NCBI GenBank assembly: GCA_029717555.1
Contig: JAMDHS010000004.1
Span: forward strand, 310,001 to 374,000
Reading direction: 5' to 3'
Length of the DNA: 64,000 nt
DNA from: Peribolospora baueri
Lineage: Eukaryota
Part shown: one piece after another, positions 35,793 to 45,910 of the stretch
Position numbering within the stretch: position 1 is the stretch's first letter
Layout: every line of letters starts with the position of its first letter
Made by a program: the position numbers and the translations under genes
Notes under the pieces: generated by a model
Seen by the model: the letters and a program-made list of their open reading frames with translations, nothing else
What the model was told of the DNA's origin: nothing
The model's database searches: none

Positions 35793-37605
35793 CTAGCGCC
35801 CGGCCGCTCCTACACCTAGGTGCGCCTTGAGCCGCTCCCTGACGCCCTTCTCAGCGACGGCCAGCTCCGTCTTGTTCGTCTCTGCGTACAGCTTCTCCAA
35901 CGGGTTCTCCTCGCCCGTCTTCTCCAGTTCCGCTTCGATCGCCTGGAACTCTTTGGCGAACGCACCGTTGAGAACGCGCTCGTGGAGCACGGTCCGGATG
36001 AACTGGCGGATCGGCGCGGCTGGATAGAGCAAAGAGAAGACGAGCAGCAGAAAGAAAAAAAAAGAAAGGACAGCGTCAGCGACCATCGAAAGCAGGACAG
36101 AAAAGCGGGCGGTCCAAAGGCCGACACAAGACGAGACGAGACACGCTAAACTCACCATCCACGTTCAGCGCGCCTCGCAGCTGTCCGAACTGGGACACGC
36201 TCGAGTGGTACCTAAGCTGCTCGATGAACCCCACTTCGGCGGCGCGCTCAAAGATCTCCGCTGGCTCCTACGAGTCGGCGGAGGGACGACGACGATGCAA
36301 GGCGAATCAAACAGAAGGTACACGTGTCAGCTCCCATTTCATCCGGGCAAGGTGGAAAGGTGGAACGGCAGGAGACAAACCGACCTTGCTCATCCACATT
36401 TCGTAACAAAGTGCCTCATCGCTGCATCCGGCCTCCTTGAGGACGGAAAAGGCCTCTCGGAAGCAGGAGATGATCATCGGCCACAAGGCCTGCTCGGCCA
36501 AAAGGTCCATCGCCGTTTCCTCGCGCACGGACGACTGGATGGCGCCGGCACGCGTCGCTCCGATGCCCTTGGCGAGAGCCAGCGACAGCGCGTGGCCGTT
36601 TCCGGTGCCGTCCTGATCGGGGAGAAGAGACAAGACTTGAGCGAGAGAGAGAGAGGGCGAGCGCGAGGACGCCGGGTGTGAAGTGAAACATCCTCGAACA
36701 CGATGGCCCACTCACCTGCTCCACCTGTCAAGTCGCATCGACGAACAGAGAGCGGTGCGAAACGGCAAAGTGAGCTTTTCTTCTCCTTTAAGGAAGAAGA
36801 AAAAAATTCATTCGACCCGTTCGCCAACTCACGGAAACAAAACAAGGAAACCCTTGGCCGCTCGTGAACGTCGACCGGACGCTGATGCCGATCATGCGAG
36901 GCGCGACCATGACGACGTCCAACGACTTTGCGAGCTCGAGCAAGCCGTAAAAGACGTTGTAGCCGCTCGCCACGACGACGCACGCGTGCGGCTGGAGGTG
37001 CGGGCCGATGGTCTCGTTGAAGACGCGCGGCTGGACTTGATCGGGGATGAGGAGGAAGAGGACTGTCGAAGTGGGGTGCATGGGGAGGAGGGGCGAAGGC
37101 GCGGGGAATAAAGGAAATCGGGCGGAAGGGAGCAAGGCCAGTCAGTGAGTGGCCGTCCGTCCATCACCGCCGCGCCCCAGCCCCATCTCCGCCGTCCACG
37201 CACCATCAGCGACCTTGGCCGCTTCCTCAAAGGAATGGATAACCTCAAAGCCGTCCTTCTTGGCCTCGTCAGCGAACGAGTCCTCACGGTTCGCCACGAG
37301 AATGTCCGTGATCCCACTGTCCCGTAGGTTCTGTGCTTGGGCCGAGCCCTGGTTGCCGTACCTTACCGGGAGCGCCGACGGTAGAGGTGCAGGTCAGAGA
37401 GTGTGTGATCCACCACGTCATGAGCTCGAGGAACACAGTCAGGACAAAGGACCCGCCGAATCACTCCTACGCGGTCACCGCACTCTCTATAACCAACCGC
37501 AAGCCGGCTCGCCGGCATGCCTACTCACCCGACAAAGACAACCTTCTTGCCCTTGAGCAAGCCCAGGTCGGCGTCCGCGTCGTAGTAGATCTTGGCGGTG
37601 GGCAT
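35793..37605 (-). CDS. Divergent short-chain ketol-acid reductoisomerase (IlvC/KARI)-like protein without mitochondrial presequence (7 exons, 346 aa)
   Basis: Exons 37605-37529, 37361-37204, 37062-36833, 36724-36716, 36612-36385, 36267-36156 and 36019-35793 total 1041 nt in frame. [69 protein letters not shown]. Confidence 0.9.
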
Positions 37606-37915
37606 TGTGAAAAAGGTGGTCTGGTCTGAGTTTCGGTTTGGGATTGGATCGCCGTGGAGAGAGAGGCGGTGAGCAGTGGCTACTGATGGGCGATGGGGTC
37701 AGGGACAGAGTCGAGGTCGAGCAGCTAGGCAGGTTGCTTGTGAGGCAAAAGACGATAAAAAGGGAAGGACAAGGTTGATGATGATCCTCGACCACCTCGT
37801 CCCTCCCCGCGGGCTATATGGGTTTTCTCGCCTTGCCTTTCATGAGCAAGAGAACGTGCGAGTCGTGTCCTTCTTGACTCACTCAAGACGAGCCGGTCCG
37901 AGTCCCGGACATGCG

Positions 37916-37916
<1 letters not shown>

Positions 37917-37948
<32 letters not shown>
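37917..37948. repeat. Poly-G tract (32 G)
   Basis: Uninterrupted G run about 310 bp upstream of the KARI-like start codon. Confidence 0.9.
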
Positions 37949-37949
<1 letters not shown>

Positions 37950-38469
37950 TGTACCTCGTCATTCCCTCTGCCCTCCACCTCCTTCTCGCTCGTGGCTGGA
38001 GCCTGCTCGGCGATCTTTGTCGAGACCGATACGATAATCTATCGTTTGACTTCTTCTCCTCCCTCCGCCATCTGCGGGGAAAACTGCACCCGCACCACCC
38101 CGCGCGTCGGACCGGTGCCGCAGCGCTCCGCCGGCAAGCCTGGGGGGGGACATGTGACAAATGCAGATGGTGTCCGCACCCGCCCCTCTCGAGCGAAGGG
38201 TGACACGCGAACATGAAATACAAATGCCCTTCAGCTGTCCACGATGGATTGCGGGAATAAGAGGGGGGCATTTAGATGTTACAGGCTGCTGTTTCGGTAC
38301 AGATGGGAGGTGCAGGAACTGGGACCTCCGGCGGCCATCGCTCGAGTCGAGCGCCAGAAGCGGAGCGAGAGTAAGATGGAGACGGGGAACGTACTCTATT
38401 TGGGACGGTAACCGGGGAAGGGACAGATGGCGCGAGGGCCCGACCCTACCCGTCCATAACGGCGGGTGC

Positions 38470-39678
38470 TCAGTGCGCGACATCGTCGTGGTCCGTGCTC
38501 TCCGCCACGTCTCGGCGAGCGACGACCTGCCTCAGCTTCTCCTCCAAGGCCGCCTGGCCGCCGGCAAGACAGTCGCGGCCCACCGCGATCCTCAACTCCG
38601 GCTCCCTCCCGTCGGCGTACATCCCCGTCCCCGTTACTGCTTCAATGACCCTCGTGACCGCCTTGTTCGGGTCTCCTGCCTGCTTACCCGAGAGGTCGGA
38701 GAAGAAGGTGCGGGTGTCTTTGTTCAGTTTGTCATAGACTTCGATCCTGTTGGTCGAATAAGTGATCGACTCCTTGGAAAGGAAGCGCGTGCGGAAGACG
38801 CCCGGTTCGAGGATGAAGACGCGGATGCCGAAGGGGGCCACCTCCTCGGAGAGACCTTCGGACATGCCTGGGAGAGGGAAGATGAGAGGCGCACAAGTGT
38901 CAGCGCCAGCTTTGGCCGATGGAACGGAGAGGAAGAACGATCGGAGGCGAAGGTCGGGAACACAAAGGCGGAACGAACCTATACCCACTTTCGACGGCAC
39001 ATTTGGTCATGCTATACAGCGAGCTTCCTGGTAAGGTCCTCAAGGCGGCGATAGAGCTCACGTTGACGATCGTCCCAGATCTACGTTTGCGCATGTATGG
39101 CAGAAAGGCGCGGGTGACATTGATCAGGCCGACTGAGGCGAGAGGAGGGTGAGAAAGGAGGAGCGGATGGGAAGGGGGAATGGGACGTTCGCAAAGGTGA
39201 CCTGGGACGACGAATCGACAGAGGCACACAGTGAGTCAGACGGGGACTCACAGACGTTCGTGTCCATGATCTTCTGCGTCTCTTCTGGCCTGAACGTGAG
39301 AAAGAGGGAAGTGTCTCAACGTGGACTGCAAAGGACGTGCGACAGGCGACTCTACCGCACCGCGCTCTACCGCACCGCGTCCCCTCGTACTCACGTAGCC
39401 TCCTCGACGGTCGAGAACAGCACGTATCCGGCGTTGTTGACGAGCACGTCCACCCTCCCGTGAATTGCGACGGCCTCCTCGGCCGTCTTGTGCAGGCTCT
39501 CCAGCGGACTGGTAACGTCCAGCGGGACTACGTCCGCGCCCCGCGCCTTGACGCGTTCGAGCTTGGCCACGTCCCGCGCCGTCGCGATCACCTTATCGCC
39601 CCGAGCTAGGGCTTGCAGCACAAAGGCTTCGCCAAAGCCGGCCGAAGAGCCAGTAACAAGCCAGACGAGGGGTGTCAT
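38470..39678 (-). CDS. Short-chain dehydrogenase/reductase (SDR2, classical, probably NADP(H))
   Basis: VWLVTGSSAGFG, VIATAR, LDVT, DVLVNNAGY, VNVSS, YSMTK, ILEPGVFRT, QAGDP. 4 exons. Confidence 0.93.
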
Positions 39679-39866
39679 TAAGCTTGTCGAGTTGGTGGGG
39701 GGAAGAAGTGGAAGCCTTGGTCGTGCGTGTGGACCGAAGAGGCCAGAGTCGCGTGGCCGCTTGCTGTGGTGAAGAAGAAGAGGAAATGAGCAGACAAGTT
39801 TCTGGACGGGTTTACGAATGCATAGTCCGGAGCCGTATTTATGTCTCGGACGCCAAGGACGGCTGT

Positions 39867-40133
39867 CTGGACTCGAGGTGGAGGTGGACTGTATTTGGAT
39901 TCGGTGGAATGGCTCGTGTGGAGGTGGAGGGCCCGTCAGCCTCCTTTCAACACCATTTACGCTCCATCACGCACCACGACAACCGCTGTGGAGCCGAGGA
40001 CTCGCTGTCGTTCAAGTCACATTCCTGGACTCGAGGTGGAGGTGGACTGTATTTGGATTTGGTGGAATGGCTCGTGTGGAGGTGGAGGGCCCGCCAGCCT
40101 TCTTCCTTCCAACACCATTTACGCTCCATCACG
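39867..40133. repeat. Direct repeat of about 105 bp, two copies (39867-39971 and 40025-40133)
   Basis: Both copies start ctggactcgaggtggaggtggactgtatttggatt and end caacaccatttacgctccatcacg. They differ by a few substitutions and a small indel; 53-bp spacer. Confidence 0.95.
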
Positions 40134-40382
40134 TGGAGGCGAGGATTCCGCTATCGTGAGGCGAGAGCACACGTGATAGCCACCGCGGATTGTGACCGGC
40201 TGCTTATCACAACAGACGGCGCGGCCACACTACACTGGCTGGCTAAGCTGGCCAAGCGACAGCTCGCTTTAGCCTTGTGTGAACGGCGGAGGCGGGCGAA
40301 GCAAAGGCGTTCGGGGTCGAAGACGACAGATGTCGGCCTGCTCGGAGGCTCGTTCTCCCGCTCCCACACTCCAATCAAACGA

Positions 40383-40419
40383 TGGCAAGCCTGGCAAGCC
40401 TGGCAAGCCTGGCAAGCCT
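40383..40419. repeat. 9-bp minisatellite (TGGCAAGCC)x4
   Basis: Read directly from the sequence. Confidence 0.9.
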
Positions 40420-41233
40420 CGACTTGAGCGGCATAGAGTTGTCCCACAGAAGCCCATGCCAAGTCGAGCGTCCTATGTCGAACCCCATCCAGCTCGACGC
40501 TTGACCCTTCCCTTCTCCGCGCCGACCCTCGCCCAGAGTCGGGCATAAGGGGGGAAGTGCTGGGAACAAAGAAGGGAGGGAGGGAAAGGAGGGGACAGGG
40601 GATGGTTTTCGGCAAAGCGAAGGAATCCCGAATGGTACAGAGGAGGGAAAGGACGTCCACAGATGCTCCAGACGGGTAGAGAGGGTGGAAAGGAGAAAAC
40701 GGAGGCGTTCGGAACGTCGACTCTCATTGGGGGGCGAAAAATAGAACACGCGGTAGGCCGCGGCCAAAGAAGGACAATGACTAGGACGCCGGCCGAGCTG
40801 AGAGGAGACGAGTGACGGGGGGAAGCGGCGTTCGTATGCCGCGCCAAGGGCAGGGTACCCGGAAAAGGAGTGCGTCGGGACATGGATAGAGTAACAGGGG
40901 GGAACGAGTGGAGGATCGGCAAGGACAAAAAGGCCTGACCGGGTCAGAGAAAACGCGTAGAAAGATTCACCGTCCATGAGTGAGATCGTTTGAAACCTCG
41001 AAGGCGGGGCGGGCGAGGGGGACGAGACGAAGAAGAAAAGGGAGAGGAAAGTAAGTCCGTACGGGGAACGGTGAGGAACTATCGTCCTCAGAAAAAAAAC
41101 AACGACAACGACCGGGGGAAAAAGGAGAGTGGGAACGGCCAATGCTATGAAAAAGTCCACAGGGATGGCCGCAAACCCGTCTCCTTTCCGCCGACGGCCA
41201 AATGAGAACCGATCGACTGCCTCTCCTCGCGCC

Positions 41234-42446
41234 TCAGCCATCGTGATACGGCGGCCCACTGACGCCATGGCCCGCGTGCGGGTCATCGTAGTATGCCCCG
41301 CCGTAGCCCTGGCCATAGCCTGGCATCGCCGGCTGGTCGTAATAGCCGCCGCCCGCGGCGGCATGACCGTAGTGAGCGCCGGGGTCGCCGTATGCCGCGC
41401 TGGGGTCGTCGTAATACCCCGCTGGCGCCGCCGCCGCTCCTGGCGCATTGTAATGGCTCGCACTGGGCGCGGTGAATGACTCGCGAGAGGCACCCATGCC
41501 GCCTGCCTCGGAGATCGAAGCGTCATCACCCATGTCGAAGCCGGCACCGCCGGTCCGGCGAGCGGGAAGTGGGTGCAGAGCGGAGCTGTCACCGTCGGCG
41601 GCGAGCTCGGGCCACTTGATCTCGCCTGTGGGGATGCGACAAGGGGTCCGTAAAGAGGGTCAATTATGCTCAGAGTCAAAGAGGCTCAAACCTCGCCAAA
41701 ACGACGGCGGCTCGTCCCTATCGCCACTCACCATCGTCATCGTCGAACCCAGAGAATCGCTTCTGGCCAAACTTGACGTACAAGAAGATGGCCGTGGCGA
41801 GGAGTGCGACTCCGCCGACAACGCTGACACCGATGATGAGACCCGTACGGTTCGAGCTGCTGCTGCCCGAGCCGGAGGAATCACTCGAGGGAGTCGAGGA
41901 AGGGGCGTCGGGAGTACTAGAAGAGGTGATTACGACCGAGTTGCTGAGGGTGGTCGTCACCACGACCGGAGTCGTGTCAGACGAGCTGGAGGAAGACGAG
42001 CTCGCGCTCGATGAGGCGGAGCTGCGTGTGGACGAGGCCGAAGACGCAGAAGAAGAGGAGGCCGAGCTGCTGGATGTAGGGGTGGGCTTGTTGGTAGACA
42101 CGGGGATGGTGAGCAAGGGGGTGGTAGCAGGGGGAGTCGAGTGATCTGTACTGCTGGCCGCGGCGGTCGGTGGCGGGGAGTTATCGGTTGAGCCGCCGAT
42201 AAGAGGGATGTCACGGCGAACGAGCTCTGGCGCGAGAGTAGGGAAGACGTCTTGTCGGCGTTCGGCGCCGTCCTCAACAGGGTTGCCGGCGAGTGCGCGT
42301 CGTTGGAGACGGTGATGTTGGACAGGGGCGCCGTGGCGCCTTTGCATGACGGCGAGGTCGCCTGGCTCTACGGCATCGTCGAGGGCGGTGACCACCTGGG
42401 AGCACGCGGCGGCGGCGAGCAAGGAGACGAGGAGCCGTATTCTCAT
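41234..42446 (-). CDS. Mid2/Wsc-like Ser/Thr-rich single-pass cell-surface protein (2 exons)
   Basis: Signal peptide MRIRLLVSLLAAAAC; S/T-rich ectodomain; TM LIIGVSVVGGVALLATAIFLYV. Intron at about 41731-41627 joins FDDDD|GEIKWPEL; Tyr-rich tail. Confidence 0.8.
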
Positions 42447-43541
42447 GGGCGGGAGGAAGGCGGAGAGGAGAGGCGAAAGGATCGGGGGGGGGATAAGGGA
42501 ACAGGGTGGAAGTACGGACGGAGGTAGGTGCTGGTTGGCGGTCAGGAATAGACTACTTAGACGCGCTATCAGGAGTAAAAAGCTGGCGGCGGCGACGGTG
42601 CTCTAGGTGCGTAGCGACGGGGCTGCTTTGGTGGTTGGAGAGTCAACCGCAGATCCTTCTTCGCTAACGGACGTGTTGAGCTGTGCGGCTCGGAGAGGCC
42701 ACTTGACTTGCGTCTGACGGTGGGGCGAGCAGTCGAAGCGGGCGCAGCGAAAAGGAGGCGGTGGTGCGCCGGTGGAAAGCTGCGGGAGGTGACCAATTGA
42801 AGAGATTGGGGAGAGGTGACGTCGGTCAACGACGTATCGCTGGAGACGGCGGAGGCGAGAGTGAGGAGGGAGTTGAGAGTGGCGGTGAACGAGGAATGAC
42901 GAAGATGTGCGTCGAAGAGAGGTAGTCAGAGGTAGAGAAGAAAGGGACCAACGATGGCGACGACCGCCGGCGGGAGGAATTGAAGGGGTCTCCGTCCGGC
43001 ACGGGGTGTAAGCACCGGCGTCTAATAACCATTAGAACCGTCTAGGGGCCCTCTTCATTTCTGGGCGGGGCAGTGTTACCAGCTAACGCTTGCTGCGGCA
43101 GCTCCACGTCTGGGCAAACGCCTCGGGCGGTGCGAGCGAGCGTCGGCCGACTCTTGTCCCTCATCTCTCTGTGTTCTGCCCGCCATGGCAGTCGGTCAAT
43201 GAACAAAGGCCGAGGTCACTCAGGTGCTGTCCACTATGCACACGTTCTGTAATGCCCTCGACTGCTGTCCTGGCGACGTCCGGCGAGCGCTCGTCGCGTA
43301 GCTCGAGGTGACATTTGCGCACTGTCCCACCGAGCAACGACTCAGTCGAAGCAGAGAGAGGAGAGGATGTGTGACGGAAGGCGGTTTGTCATCCCTTTCG
43401 ATTGCATCCCTTTCGATGACCAGTGCCATCGTTCTTCGTTCATGAACGAGCTCGAACAAGACGAACCCTGGCGGGCAACCTCCCACGATCTGGCAGGCGA
43501 TCTCCCAAGGCCTGGCCTCATTCGCCCCTGCACCGAACCGG

Positions 43542-44333
43542 TCAGTCTTCACCCTCCACATCGTACCACTCCTCCTCCAAAACTTTCTTCCCCTTCCTTG
43601 TTTCCTTGGTCTTCTTGACCTCCCTTCTGCCCGGAACCCTCTCCACCTCCACCATCTGCCCTTTAATATAGACCTTGGCTGGCCTCACCGCCTCGGTCAA
43701 CCTGCCGCCCTTGCCACGCACGGGCTCCGCCTCGGCTGTCTCGTGTCCCCGGCCGAGGAGGCGAGCGCGGGCGCGCTTCCTTTCCGCGCGCGCTTCCTTC
43801 TTGGCCAGCATCCGCTCATCTTCCTCGGCCAAGGACACGTCGATGGCGTCGCCCCGAAAGCGGGGGGTGAGACTGTTGACGAGGGCTGAAGATGATGGAA
43901 GGAGCCGAACAGAGTTCGTAAGAGTGTGGGTTCGAGGGGAGAGGGGGGAGTGCGGGGGAAAGCAAAGCGCGTCAGTCCTGATGGAATGCACGGGAAGGAG
44001 CGCCGGCAAAGAGAGAGGGCGAGGATGCGTGTGAAACACAAAGAGAGAAAGCGAGCGTCTTTCGACCTGACCCACCGTCATGCATGGGCGTTTCTCTGGT
44101 GTAGTACTTGGTCCAGTCCTTGTTTTTGCGCGCCATCACCGTATCAGGCACCTTGGGGGCATTGCGCTGGTGGTCCGAGTCGAGGTGGATGATGGCCTCT
44201 GTTGAGGCGAGGATAGGAAGAAGGCGGCGGCTGAAGATGAGAGAAATGCGCTCGAGAAGACTTTCTCCAAGTGTGCGAGGTGCTCACTGCTGATGGACTT
44301 GAAATCCCTCCATGACGTCTCGTGTCCGGGCAT
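43542..44333 (-). CDS. Small basic hypothetical protein (3 exons, about 170 aa)
   Basis: Exons 44333-44288, 44198-44076 and 43885-43542 join in frame through GT-AG introns: MPGHETSWRDFKSIS|KAIIHLDSD...KDWTKYYTRETPMHD|ALVNSLTPRFRG...EEEWYDVEGED. Confidence 0.55.
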
Positions 44334-45013
44334 CCTGGCCGTTTCTGGCTGTCGTTTCTATACGCTCTCAGCGGCCCTGGGGCACAGTTATAGGAGCGCA
44401 ATCTAGAGGGGGCTCTGAAAAATTTCGGTCCGCCAGCGGTATCCCCAGGTATGTATGTGCGTTTGCCAGCTGGCTCGTCATGGGCGCAAAGCTGAACAAG
44501 CAAGACGGTCGTTGCTCCTCGCGCGAGTCGGAGGGATGGATGGCCAGTGCGCGTGAGGCGGACGGCGAGTTAGGGTTAGATCGAAGTGACATCACTCGGT
44601 GGTGGCTTTGGATTTTGACCGTCTCTTCCTAACTACTCGTCGACTAACTTGGCTTACCTGATCACGGAGGGAAAGGAGTGGTAGTGGCGATGGAGAGTTG
44701 CAGAAGTCCGACGAAGATGTCATAGTGATCGCTGCGAGGCTGGGCCGGCGGGAGGAAGAGAGGAAAAGGCTGGCCAAGTCGGGTCGGGTCGTCCGACCCC
44801 TCTTCCTCCTACCAGCTCACACATCCTTCTACGTCCAACTCACGCACTCATCTGTAAGGGACGGCACCCATCGGTTTTGCTCACACGCCGGCTGACTAGC
44901 TTGCTTGCCGCCTATATTATTTGCGCTTCCTTTTTCAGCCGCCCGCGTGGAGCGCTTTCTTCCCAAGATAGCAATCATCTCGCGCCCCCTTCGCATCAGG
45001 ATCATCCGCCGTC

Positions 45014-45491
45014 ATGTCCGGCGTCACTACCGACGACCAGTTCAAGAAGACCACCCAGACGGTCGGGCCGACGACGCACGACATGCACGAGGACATTTTG
45101 AAAAGCCCGCCGCGGAACGGCCCGGACGGTTACCACGACGCCAAGACGGCCGTCAGCATGACATGGAGAACAAGGGGTACGCGACGCAGGCGACCAAGGA
45201 GCAAGTGGACGAGATGGCCGAGGTGCGTATGTCGTAGGTACGGTGATTTGATATCCTAATTTTTTCCTTTTCCGGAGCGACGCTTGGAACTCCAATCCTC
45301 ACCTGGTTTTCTCTCCCTTGCGTAAATTCTGTGACTCTTTGTGACAGATGAAGGAGAAGCTAGATAAGCGCGGGAAGGTTGCCCCAGTAAATCTTGCGTC
45401 CATCCATCCGTCTCGCGCGCTCGCGCCAAACCGAACCGGCCCGGCAACCTTGCGGTCACCGTCGAAACGATTGTGTACAAATAGCGGATGA
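45014..45491 (+). pseudogene. Frameshifted, intron-poor paralogue of the gene at 45911 (pseudogene or 1-bp assembly error)
   Basis: TTDDQFKK..TTHDMHEDILKSPPRNGPDGYHDAK, then a frameshift at about 45145 into DGRQHDMENKGY..VDEMAE|MKEKLDKR. One intron, 45223-45347. Confidence 0.7.
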
Positions 45492-45910
45492 AATGCGACG
45501 AAGCCTTGTCCAGCCTTTTCGAGCATTCATCAGCGACGGTCGATCGATCGGATCGGTCGACAGGAAACTAGTGAAACGGGTCGAAGAGACCCGTGTGGTC
45601 CGATCGCGGTGTTCGCTTTCTGGCAGAGGTCTTGTTCGACACGCTTCATGTCCAGCACTCGCATCAGTCAGCTGACCACGGCAGTGTTATGCTCGGTCGA
45701 CAAGCTGGACGGAGGAGGAGGGACGCTTGGAACGGACGTCCTAAAACCCTTGACCTCTCGCTGACTAGCTCCCCTTCATCGACAAGACCTGAGCTTCCGT
45801 CCCGTCCGACCTCGTCCGGGACAAGACGAGCCGAAACCACCGACACGAGCCCCATCCCCCCCTTCCCCCCACAGTCGACCTTCCGGCCCTACGTCCGTCC
45901 GTCAACAACG

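Noticed and set aside
35793..37605. Naming the KARI-like gene ILV5, or calling it bacterial contamination
   Set aside because: No presequence and altered catalytic motifs argue against ILV5; six spliceosomal introns rule out contamination.
39867..40133. Repeat-spacer-repeat as a CRISPR array
   Set aside because: Only two units of about 105 bp, a eukaryotic context and no cas genes.
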